Assembly: GCA_964016885.1 (NCBI GenBank)
Contig: OZ024740.1
Location: 213,528,001-213,592,000, forward strand
From: Eledone cirrhosa
Lineage: Eukaryota
Length of the DNA: 64,000 nt
Direction: 5' to 3'
Position 1 is the first letter of the stretch. Each line of letters begins with the position of its first letter. Positions 15,830-27,402 of the stretch are shown piece by piece. The notes below the pieces were generated by a model, which saw nothing but the letters and a program-made list of their open reading frames with translations, was not told the DNA's origin and ran no database searches. The position numbers were made by a program, and so were the translations under genes.

Positions 15830-16570
15830 TAAAAATGAAAGGCAGGTTGTACGATGCCTGCATACGAACAGCAATGTTGCACGGCAGTGAGACCTGGGCA
15901 TTGTGTGCAGAGGATATACGCAGACTAGAGAGAAACGAAGCTTGCATGCTCCGCTGGATGTGTAATAGTAATATACGTGAACGGCAAAGCATAAACGAAC
16001 TAAGGAAAAAATTAGAAATAAGAGGGATCAGATGTTGTTTACTCGAGAGAAGGCTACGTTGGTATGGACACGTGATGCACATGAAGGACGATAGCTGTAT
16101 AACAAAGTGCAGGGCAATAAAGATAGACGGTAGCCACGAAATAGGCAGACCCAGAAAAACCTGGGACGAGCTGATAAATTCCGACCTCACACACTTACAC
16201 CTCTCCAAGACAATGTCACTGGACCGAGACCTTTGGCGGTACTCAGTAATAGAGAAGACCCGCCTTACCTAAATACAAAGTAAAACCTACTACAGTCAGT
16301 AGGCATCACTAACAAAATACACCCCCACCCCACCCCATCCACACCGCCCCTTTCAATGTAAAGTTATGTTGGTGCCACAACATCCAGGCCGAAACAAATG
16401 AGATCGTGTAGGTGTCACGTCAAAAAAACACACAGTTCACGCTGTAATGTGGCCGTGTAGGCAACACGGTAAAAACCTCCCAGACCCACACTGTAAATGT
16501 GGTTGGTGTTAGGAAGGGCATCCAGCTGTAGAAAACACGCCAGATAGTCCTATGCGAGCAAAATAACCAC
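15830..16570 (+). mobile_element. RTE LINE 3' fragment
   Basis: MKGRLYDAC...EKTRLT plus 3' UTR; highly similar to 11880-12630. Confidence 0.9.
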
Positions 16571-16654
16571 ACATCAATCTAAAACTACTTTTCATATGTT
16601 GATTTAAAACTGCACTATCCACAAGTGTTTTTTAACCTTCATATCATGTCTTCC

Positions 16655-16725
16655 TATTTTATCTGATGAAAACACAAATGTTATTGCATGATGATATTTG
16701 TTTTTGAAATGCGCATAATAAAATA
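16655..16725 (+). ncRNA. Intact type-I hammerhead ribozyme motif
   Basis: TATTTTAT-CTGATGA-[~15-bp stem II]-GAAA-TGCGCA-TA-ATAAAATA; perfect 8-bp stem I, palindromic ATGCGCAT, AUA site, predicted cut after 16717. Confidence 0.82.
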
Positions 16726-16911
16726 CATGGAACTCTTTTAACCATCTTTTGATCTTATATATTATGTATACTCCAGTCCTACAAACTGTAGAGTGCTTCT
16801 TATCCGATATCTGCATTGCTTTATTGTACTACAATAAAACTCACCTCCTACATATATATATATATATAAACAATGAGTTATATGGTTTGTTGATTATTCA
16901 ACCAAGTTAAA

Positions 16912-17022
16912 TTTACAACAGTTTAGAAGCACTCTACAAAATTTATCTGGAGTATCATTAATATTAACAATATTAATGATACTCCAGATAAATTTTGTAG
17001 AGTGCTTCTAAACTGTTGTAAA
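16912..17022. repeat. Perfect hairpin, 54-bp arms and 3-nt loop
   Basis: 16912-16965 is the exact reverse complement of 16969-17022. Confidence 0.93.
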
Positions 17023-17062
17023 CAATATTAATAAATGGAAAATATCTTTACAAAACCATATT

Positions 17063-17123
17063 TATTTTATTATACGTATTTCAAGGGAACTAACATTTAA
17101 GAATGCTTTCATCAGATAAAATA
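17063..17123 (-). ncRNA. Type-I hammerhead ribozyme motif, paralogue of 16655-16725
   Basis: TATTTTAT-CTGATGA-AAG...CTT-GAAA-TACGTA-TA-ATAAAATA; palindromic ATACGTAT. Confidence 0.78.
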
Positions 17124-17189
17124 TAATATTTGGTGTTAAGATAGTGACATACCTTAATGGTATAAGCCCACCTTCAGTGGGCTTATATC

Positions 17190-17451
17190 ATCTTGTTTTT
17201 TCAAGATGGCATAGGACAGAACAAAGGAGAGGCACAAAAACAAAGAAAAGAATCCCCAGTGACTGAAGAGGTCACAGAATGTGTGACGAAAGAACTTTGA
17301 CAATATATAAACAATCATCTGGTTGTGGAACCAACCAACCGGAAATTTATAAATTCCTAAATTTATAAATTTATTATAATACATTGAAGTGAAAGCAACT
17401 GGTGCGTGTGTTTTCTTATTGGCAACATGACCCTCCCAAAGTATAACAATA
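17190..17451 (+). mobile_element. Non-autonomous pLTR-like element with a hammerhead at 17258-17302
   Basis: CTGAAGA-G-GTCACA GAATG TGTGAC-GAAA-GAAC-TT-TGACA; ends gaccctcccaaagtataacaata, like the Penelope terminus at 15529-15551. Confidence 0.72.
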
Positions 17452-17574
17452 TATATATAAATATATATATATATATGAAGTATTTCCGTAGAAAACGTAA
17501 AGTAAGGAAGAGTGCTCTATGAGTGCTCTACAGAGCTATTTAATGATGTTTATTACATAATTATATATATATAT

Positions 17575-18647
17575 ACTAGCAGCAGGACCCAGCGTTGCAC
17601 AGGGTAGGAAACGTGAAATAGCTATTTAATGATGTTTATTACATAATTATATATATATATACTAGCAGCAGGACCCAGCGTTGCACAGGGTAGGAAACGT
17701 GAAATAGCAACATGCATATGCAAAGATTGAGGAATGTAGCTGTGTACTTTTTGAATTCCCTTATTCTCAGGGAATGATTGTTCATCTGCTGGAAATGTAG
17801 AACACCAGCAGGCCCGAATCGTGAAATATCTGTATGCATGTGCAAAATTTGAAGAAAATCAGCTGGATACTCTTTAAGCGTACTAAATCTTAGAGTATGA
17901 TTTTTCTTCCATTTGGAGAAAATCACACTGCGTTTACACAGCAAAAAAGGTGTGACAAAAGGGGTCACCGCGGAATTAGCACAACTGCTGTTCGGCGTAC
18001 TTGCACAGGGCGTTCATATACTGCAGCATAGGTGCAACAAAAGGGGTCTTAGTAGAAGTAGCACAGACTTGAGTTTTACAGTGTCAATAACACGGCAATG
18101 TACACAGGGCCCGGATTTGCGCGTGATGAAAGCATGAAGCGTCAACAGGGCGCCGACAAACATTTTAAGGTCCTCCTCATTTCCTCAATCGCCCGAAAAT
18201 GATCCTGCTTAAAAGTAAGTATGTGTTGTGTCCTCTGTTAAATAAACCAAATTTTTAACGAAATATTATATGCTACTTACGATGTTTAAGTAGCGTTTAT
18301 ATTGAAAATGAAATTGGCATGTAATGCCCAATGCTAAATCGTAAATTTCCTAGAAACGATTAATGGAATCGGAATTTTTTTTGTCCACAGCAATGTGAAG
18401 GGACTAACTAATGTGTGCTGCAAATTTTGAGGAAATTGGCTGGATTATCGGCTGCCTAAAAAATGCGGTCTTTCGCCTAATGCCTAGGGCAGAAAAAGTC
18501 TTTCGCCTAGGGCAGAAAAAGTTAAAATTGTTTTAGCCCATTGCACTTCAACAAATATAAGTAACGCATGTGTAAAGTTTGAAAAAAATCGGTCAGGTAC
18601 TTCTCGAGTTTTAGGGATTTACACAGACAGACAGACATCCTCTGTTT

Positions 18648-18660
<13 letters not shown>
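17575..18660 (+). mobile_element. Non-autonomous Helitron-like element (Lep1/HINE-type) with a duplicated 5' end
   Basis: Starts actagcagcaggacccagcgttgcacagggt (twice, ~87-bp duplication); ends aaagtttgaaaaaaatcggtc...(acag)n...ttttatata. Confidence 0.55.
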
Positions 18661-18678
<18 letters not shown>

Positions 18679-18919
18679 ATAGAGAGAGAGATGCGTCGAA
18701 AGGTCCGAGACCCACAGCAGACAACTGAAGAGGGGATATGTCCTTTGTTTGTGTTTTCCATATATTTCTAAACACTCTTTATTAGTAACCACACATCACC
18801 TTGTCCCTTCTAAATTTAAATATATATATATATGTATATATAGGAATAGTAAATAACAACAACAAGGAGTACAGTTACGAAAGGTGTTAGGTATTAGGTT
18901 CACGCTTGAGAGTGGAGGG

Positions 18920-19135
18920 TATACTTTGGGAGGGTTATGCTGCCAATAAAAACACATGCACCTGTTGGTTTTCATTTCAATTTATTATGAATTTCCGGTT
19001 GGTTGGTTCAATAACCAGCTGGTTATTTATATATTGTCAAAGCTCTTTCGTCACATTCTGTGACCTCCTCAGTGACAGGTTTCTTATTTCGTGTCTCTCC
19101 TTTGTTCTGTCCTACACCATCTTGAAAAAACAAGA
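18920..19135 (-). mobile_element. Third copy of the pLTR-like hammerhead element
   Basis: Homologous to 14475-14723. Confidence 0.7.
19035..19077 (-). ncRNA. Minimal type-I hammerhead ribozyme motif (43 nt)
   Basis: TGTCA-CTGAGGA-G-GTCACA GAA TGTGAC-GAAA-GAGC-TT-TGACA; perfect stems I and II, CUU site. Confidence 0.8.
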
Positions 19136-19435
19136 TCTTTCTCTCTATATATAGACATATATCTTTTCATTTGGTTATCTGGCAGGTTTTCTACGGATGG
19201 ATGCCCTTCTTAACGCCAACCACATTTACAGTGTTGATTGGGAGCCTTTTTACTATGTCTCCTACACGACCACTTTACAGATTGGATTGGGTGTTTTTTT
19301 GTCATGACACCTACACAACCTCCTTAGTTTGGACTGGATATTCTGTGGTACTAACATAACTTTACAGAGAAAGGGTGGTATTATTGGGAATGAGAAGAGG
19401 GAGTAGGGATAGTGGGTTGGGCTGTATATTTGGTT

Positions 19436-19622
19436 AGAGAGAAAGGACCATATATCTTATGAGAATACAGTTATTTGGTATATATACAGAGCACATATAT
19501 CAAGGCGGAATATGTACTTTAGATGGATTCCATCTAAAGTACATATTCCTCCTCGATATATGTGTTCTGTATATATACCAAATAACTGTGTATTCTCATA
19601 AGATATATGGTCCTTTCTCTCT
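19436..19622. repeat. Near-perfect ~92-bp-arm hairpin
   Basis: Centre agatgga-t-tccatct at 19521-19535; a few mismatches and one 2-nt indel. Confidence 0.92.
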
Positions 19623-20284
19623 CTATATTTACATATATCTATTAATTAAAATTTTATGTATATTCCTTCTCTCCTTCCATACACATCCGTTTGCGGTAAC
19701 CATCCCTCCCCTATTACCTACGTCTGCAATTTCCCCAAGCTTCCTCCACCTCCCTCCCTAGTTCCAAGACAAAACTGCCCAGTCCACACTGTAATGTGGT
19801 TGTGTAGGTGACATAACAAAAAGCAGCCAGCACACACTACAAATGTAGGGAGGTGTTAGTTCAAGGACCTGTGACGCCAAATAATTCTATTGCTATAGGT
19901 TCACCAAGAAACCCATCTGAGAGCAGATTGTAGGGAGGTGTTAGTTCAAAGACCCATGAGACCAAATGTTTTTATTACCATAAAGGTTTTACCATCCTGA
20001 AACAGGGAACTATGACACCGCCTGGTCTTTTGCCACCTCCCTGTTGATCCCAGTATAAAGACAACACCACCCTTTGGTGTTTTATATATAATTTTGATCA
20101 TTGTTATCCAAGTAGTATCTTATATCAATTTTTCGTCACAACTATTTCCTATAATAAAGTCCCGCAGCCCCTAAATACCTGCTCACAATAAACTTATCAA
20201 GAAGATGACCATGTCAGTTGATACCTTAGTATCTTTATTATTCCTGATATCGTAAAAAATCATAACATTGATATTCTTCTTTTT

Positions 20285-20540
20285 CTTCAACTTTGCCCAC
20301 TTATTCCTGAGAGGGACGTGTGTGGATAGAGTCCTCAAACACTCCTTCCAGTAGGTCCTGTTAGAAGCAACTGTTTCCAACTCATCTGGCTGGATACCCA
20401 AGTGAGACCAACCAAGCTCATAGATGTTATCCAACCATCTTGCTTGGGGTCCACCCCTGGGTCTCCTGCCAGTTGGTTTTGCCCATAAAATCAGTCCAGT
20501 GATTCTTTCCTGAGACATTCTAATCACAGGCCCATAGTAA
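20285..20540 (-). mobile_element. 3' end of a third RTE-like LINE family
   Basis: IRMSQERIT..ILWAKPTGRRPRG.P.ARWLD; homologous to 30415-30790, 60516-61020 and 62283-62615. Confidence 0.8.
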
Positions 20541-20664
20541 AAAAAAAAGAAAGAAAGAAAATGGAATTATTTTAACAGAAGAATTAATTAATTATAAAGT
20601 GATAAAAGATAATTAATTGAAAAAAAAAAATAATACTAATGAAGGGTGTTGAATTTTATTTGGA

Positions 20665-21427
20665 AAGAGGGTCCAATTGATGAGAGAGGGGCTGCAGTTG
20701 ATGAGAGTGAAAGAGGGTCCAGTTGATGACAGTGAAAGAGGATCCAATTGAATAGAGAGGGACTGCAGTTGATGACAGTAAAAGAGGATCCAATTGAATA
20801 GAAAGGGACTGCAGTTGATGACAGTGAAAGAGGGTCCAGTTAATGAGAGAGGGACTGCAGTCAATGAGAGTGAAAGAGGGTCCAGTTGATGAGAGAGGGA
20901 CTGCCGTTGATGACAGTGAAAGAGGGTCCAGTTGATGAGAGAGGGATTCCAGTTGATAACAGTGAAAGAGGGTCCAATTGATGAGAGAGGGACTGCAGTC
21001 GATGAGAGTGAAAGAGGGTCCAGTTGATGACAGTGAAAGAGGATCCAATTGAATAGAGAGGGACTGCAGTTGATGACAGTAAAAGAGGATCCAATTGAAT
21101 AGAAAGGGACTGCAGTTGATGACAGTGAAAGAGGGTCCAGTTAATGAGAGAGGGACTGCAGTCAATGAGAGTGAAAGAGGGTCCAGTTGATGAGAGAGGG
21201 ACTGCCGTTGATGACAGTGAAAGAGGGTCCAGTTGATGAGAGAGGGATTCCAGTTGATAACAGTGAAAGAGGGTCCAATTGATGAGAGAGGGACTGCAGT
21301 CGATGAGAGTGAAAGAGGGTCCAGTTGATGAGAGTGAAAGAGGGTCTAGTTGATGAGAGAGGGACTGCAGTTGATTACAGTGAAAGAGGGTCCAGTTAAT
21401 GAGAGAGGGACTGCAGTTGATGACAGT
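20665..21427. repeat. Compound minisatellite with a 301-bp higher-order duplication
   Basis: Subunits gtgaaagagggtccagttgatgaga and gagggactgcagttgatgaca; the block from 20701 recurs at 21002. Confidence 0.9.
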
Positions 21428-21430
21428 CAA

Positions 21431-21511
21431 ACGGAAGTGCACACAGCGACATCTAAATCACGCATGCGCATAGTCACTAGTTAAATTAATGGACGCCAGT
21501 GTTCCGAGCAG
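21431..21511 (+). promoter_or_regulatory. Candidate SPOP promoter and non-coding first exon
   Basis: CpG-rich cluster: ETS ACGGAAGTG (21431), CAGCGACATCTA (CTCF/YY1-like), NRF1-like CGCATGCGCA (21461), AATGGACGCC, then donor CAG|GTTAGA at 21511/21512. Confidence 0.6.
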
Positions 21512-21729
21512 GTTAGAATTTTCTTCTTTTATCATTTAAGAGGAATTTATTACTGTGAATCTATAATTTCTTTAACTTTCCACTTTCGAAACATATATTT
21601 TAGTATTCATTATCTTTCTGTGAAAACTTTAATTCAATTTGTATTTAAGAGAGATTTCTGAGAGATTTTTTTTCTCTTTTGTTTTCGCCTGTGTTGGGAA
21701 ATCTGTGTATATATATATATATATAATAG

Positions 21730-21760
<31 letters not shown>

Positions 21761-22114
21761 ATATATGTCGAGGAAATTTACTATAAAGACAATTGATTTT
21801 AATTGTATGTTAATATTATATATGTAATATTATTTATAATCAATATTTTCAAAATATTTATCCATATTTTTTTCATTCGAAAGAGAAATTATATTTACTA
21901 TCTTTACTCTAATATTTCTCTCCACTAAAGACTATCTTCTTCACTGCGTCCTACTTGCTTTATTATTCCCTCTGTATATATAAATACACGATCATATGTG
22001 TGTGTGTGTGTATATATATATATGTGTGTGTGTATATATATATGTGTGTGTGTATATATATATATGTGTGTGTATATATATATGTGTGTGTGTATATATA
22101 TATGTGTGTGTATG

Positions 22115-22149
<35 letters not shown>

Positions 22150-22189
22150 GTATGTATATATATATATATATGTATCATCATCATCATTC

Positions 22190-22238
<49 letters not shown>

Positions 22239-22304
22239 GTATATATATATGTATATGTATATATATGTATATGTATATATATGTATATATATATATATAT
22301 GTAT

Positions 22305-22350
<46 letters not shown>

Positions 22351-22351
22351 G

Positions 22352-22382
<31 letters not shown>

Positions 22383-22397
22383 GTATATATATATATG

Positions 22398-22442
<45 letters not shown>

Positions 22443-22597
22443 GTATATATGTATATGTATATATATATATGTATATATATGTATATATATATATGTATAT
22501 ATATATATATGTATATGTATATATATGTATATGTATATATATATATGTATATGTATATATATATATATGTATATGTATATATATATATATGTATATG

Positions 22598-22631
<34 letters not shown>

Positions 22632-22700
22632 TGTATATGTATATATATATATATGTATATATATATATGTATGTATAAATATATATGTATGTATAAATAT

Positions 22701-22764
<64 letters not shown>

Positions 22765-22971
22765 GTATATATATATATGTATATATATATATATGTATAT
22801 ATATATATGTATATATATATATATGTATATATATATATGTATATATATATATGTATATATATATATGTATATATATATATGTATATATATATATGTATAT
22901 ATATGTATGTATATGTATATATATATATATGTATATGTATATGTATATATATATATATGTATATGTATATG

Positions 22972-23005
<34 letters not shown>

Positions 23006-23033
23006 TGTATATGTATATATATATATGTATATG

Positions 23034-23067
<34 letters not shown>

Positions 23068-23078
23068 TGTATGTATAA

Positions 23079-23150
<72 letters not shown>

Positions 23151-23253
23151 GTATATATATATGTATATATATATGTATATATATGTATATATATGTATAT
23201 ATATATGTATATATATGTATATATATATGTATATATATGTATAGATATATATG

Positions 23254-23338
<85 letters not shown>

Positions 23339-23357
23339 GTATATGTATGTATATATG

Positions 23358-23597
23358 TATCATCATCATCATCATCATCAACGTTTAACGTCCGTGTTCC
23401 ACGCTTGCATGGGTTTGGACGGGGGTAGTCCCACTTGAGGCAAGAGTGATTGTCTTGCTCGCATAGGACTGTCTGGCAGGTTTTCTACAGCTGGATGCCC
23501 TTCCTAACACCAACCACATTTACAGTGTGGGTCTGGGAGGTTTTTACCGTGTTGCCTACACGGCCACATTACAGCGTGGACTGTGTGTTTTTTTGTC
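23358..23597 (-). mobile_element. RTE 3' UTR fragment
   Basis: Near-exact reverse complement of 12484-12720. Confidence 0.9.
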
Positions 23598-23652
23598 TGT
23601 ATGTATATATGTTTTGACTGTATGTATATATATATGTATATATATATATATG

Positions 23653-23699
<47 letters not shown>

Positions 23700-23700
23700 G

Positions 23701-23799
<99 letters not shown>

Positions 23800-23810
23800 G
23801 TATATATATG

Positions 23811-23863
<53 letters not shown>

Positions 23864-24189
23864 GTATATATATATATGTGTATATATATATATGTATATA
23901 TATATATGTATAGATATATATATATATGTATAGATATATATATATATGTATAGATATATGTATAGATATATATATATATGTATATATATATGTATAGATA
24001 TATATATATATGTATATATATATGTATAGATATATATATATATATGTATGTATATATGTATAGATATATATATATATATGTATGTATATATGTATAGATA
24101 TATATATATATGTATATATATATGTATAGATATATATATATATGTATATATATATGTATAGATATATATATGTATGTATATATGTATAG

Positions 24190-24223
<34 letters not shown>

Positions 24224-24597
24224 GTATAGATATATATATATATATGTATGTATATATGTATAGATATATATATATATATATGTATGTATATATATATGTA
24301 TGTATATATATATGTATGTATATATATATGTATATATATGTATGTATATATATATGTATGTATATATATATGTATGTATATATATATGTATATATATATA
24401 TGTATGTATATATATATGTATATATATATATGTATATATATATATGTATGTATATATATGTATATGTATATGTATATATATGTATATGTATATGTATATA
24501 TATGTATATGTATATATGTATATGTATATGTATATATGTATATATATATGTATATATATATATGTATATATATATATGTATATATATATATATGTAT

Positions 24598-24629
<32 letters not shown>

Positions 24630-24676
24630 GTATGTATATGTATATATATGTATGTATGTGTATATATATGTATGTA

Positions 24677-24709
<33 letters not shown>

Positions 24710-24910
24710 GTGTATATATATATATATATATGTATGTGTGTATATATGTATGTGTATATATATATATATGTATGTGTGTGTATGTATATGTATGTGTGTA
24801 TATATGTATGTGTGTATATGTATATGTGTATGTGTGTATATATGTATGTGTGTATATGTATATGTGTATGTGTATATATATATATATATATGTATGTGTA
24901 TATATATATA

Positions 24911-24955
<45 letters not shown>

Positions 24956-24964
24956 GTATATATA

Positions 24965-25001
<37 letters not shown>

Positions 25002-25005
25002 TGTA

Positions 25006-25091
25006 GGTCTACTCCAGATGAGTTTAACTCTTCCACGCTGTGATATATATATATCACAGCGTGGAAGAGTTAAATTCAGCTGGAGTAGACC
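25006..25091. repeat. ~40-bp-arm hairpin centred on (AT)n
   Basis: ggtctactccag...ccacgctgtgatat / atatcacagcgtgg...ctggagtagacc. Confidence 0.88.
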
Positions 25092-25182
25092 CACCATATA
25101 TATATATATGTATATATATATAAACATATTACTATATACATACATATATGTATGTGTCTATATGTATATATATATATATATA

Positions 25183-25600
25183 TAGAACTGTTTCGTTTGT
25201 ATGAAATCATCAGATATATATATAGAACTGTTTCGTTTGTATGAAATCATCAGGAATGCCCTAATGATTTCATACGAATGAAACAGTTCTAGTCATGTAA
25301 AAGCCATTTCTATATTAAATAATGTTTACACCCTACTAATGTATTGAGTACCCTTTTTAACAGTCGCTACCTCCGATTTTACTCGGGATCTATATATCTA
25401 TCTATATGAGAGAGAGAAATGATTTCTACAGGACTAGAACGGTTTCATTCGAAGGAAATCATCAGGAAAGCCCTGATGATGATTTCCTTCAAATGAAACA
25501 GTTCTAGCCCTGTAGAAGCCATTTCTATATTAAAAATGTATATTCTGCTATGTATTAAGTACTTTACTTACTGTGGTTACCCCCGATTGAACACAGAATA
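25183..25600. mobile_element. Two fold-back units, each made of head-to-head hammerhead-like cores
   Basis: Hairpins at 25223-25291 and 25424-25517; arms read CT(G/A)ATGA-T-TTC....(G/A)AA(T/C)-GAAAC-(A/C)GTTCTA. Confidence 0.6.
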
Positions 25601-26567
25601 CACACACACATATATATTTGTGTGTGAATATATATATATACTCATTCTAATATGTTAATATTTGTTGATGTTTTTTTTTTATATATAATACAATCTCTAA
25701 TATTACCTACATGATATATTTTAGAATTTCATTTAATGATTTAAAAAATGATATATATCCTATTTAAAATTAATGTTTAATTTAATCTATATTGTTTTTG
25801 CGTCATTTTAAATAATTTCGTTTTTTTTTCGACCCTTTTAAATATTCACATTTGCTAATTATATCCATATTAGTAAATTGCAGTCCTTTTGTAGTTTAAG
25901 AAATCCCTTCTGAGGAGATATAATTATATTATTGCAGTTTAAGATATCCCTTCAATATACAGTAGAATCCCTTCAATATACAGTAGAATCCCTTCAATAT
26001 AGAGTAGTGATAATTATATATTATTGCAGTCCTTTTGTAGTCCCTTCAATATGCAGTAGAGATATAATAATATTTTGTAGTTTAAGATATCCCCTTCAGT
26101 AGAGATACAATTATATTATTCGCTATTAATTTGGTTTGGTTTTTCTGTGTTTTATTTATAACTATGGGGGGATTTTTTTAATGTGCAAATATTTCTTGGT
26201 TAATTTATGTTATTTAAAACTTTCTAATATTGACGATGTTTTTAAGAAAACACTGATTATTCCACTCAGAATATATTTTTGTTACTAAACATCTGAAAGT
26301 GAAGGAGGCACATAAATTTACAAACGTTAAATATAAAATTGTTCGTTAATTTGTGTGTTTGTGGCAAAGTTCCAGAATTTAATTTTGGTTGAATCATAAC
26401 TCATTGTAATTTATAGAATTTAGTAGTTTCTTTGATTTGTGAAGATGTAACATCGGCTTATTGTTGAATGAATGAAATCTGAGACAAAAGTCAATTCTCG
26501 GCATCTAGTCGCTTAAAAAACAAGAGACCCTCTAACTCCCTATCTTTCTCTCTCCCTTTTCTTAAAC

Positions 26568-26638
<71 letters not shown>

Positions 26639-27356
26639 TACACACGTGTGTGTATATTCACTTCGACATACATTTCAAGGTTCCTACCTATTAATACCAT
26701 TGATTTATTTCACTGTTATAAATCCCTTTTCTTTAGTGTAGGTATAGTATTAATGATAAATATACTTCGCCTGTCGACTTAAGCTTCCCAATATTGAGTC
26801 TCTCTTTCGTGGGATCCACCAGCAAGCATTATCTTCTTAAAAATATAATTAGGTTATTTAACAGATGTTTCGTCCTTTTTTGTTTATATATGTGTACATA
26901 TTTCTGTGCACTATATTGCAGTAATAATTGGCGTTAAATTAGAAAACCCGTATTATATCTTCACTATAATTTTTCACCATTATATCATTCTTCCCTAACT
27001 TCTATGATTTAAGTTGAAGTTATTATTTTCCCTAACCAAGCATATTGGCTTTGTTTTTTATTCCAACATTCCCGTAGCAAACATTAGGTCCTTTTTGTCG
27101 TTTCCCCCACTGTATCAATATCCCCCCCCCCCCCTAACAGTGGCCAGTGATGGCTTTTGTGTGTGATATATAGTTCCTTAAATATTATTCCATTGCTCAA
27201 ATGAACTCTTATAAAACAATTCTCTATAGGAAGTTATATTTCAGGTTTTAACACGTATTTCTGTTTATAAAGCTTTATATTCATTGGGACATGTTTATAA
27301 CGAAAGATTCTGAAAACATTTGAACATATGGATTAAATCTTCCGTTTGTTCACTTA

Positions 27357-27402
<46 letters not shown>

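Larger units (their letters stand above)
21995..25182. repeat. ~3-kb (TA)n/(TATG)n/(TAGA)n microsatellite field
   Basis: Direct inspection; interrupted by an RTE tail and a hairpin. Confidence 0.95.

Noticed and set aside
18725-18815. Long-stem hammerhead (CTGAAGA GGGGATA...TGTCCCT)
   Set aside because: GAAA half-core is absent (TAAA) and there is no stem I or III
21955-25185. Long YIYI/ICIY ORFs of up to 529 aa (and similar ORFs throughout)
   Set aside because: These are translations of (TA)n/(TATG)n microsatellites that lack stop codons by construction
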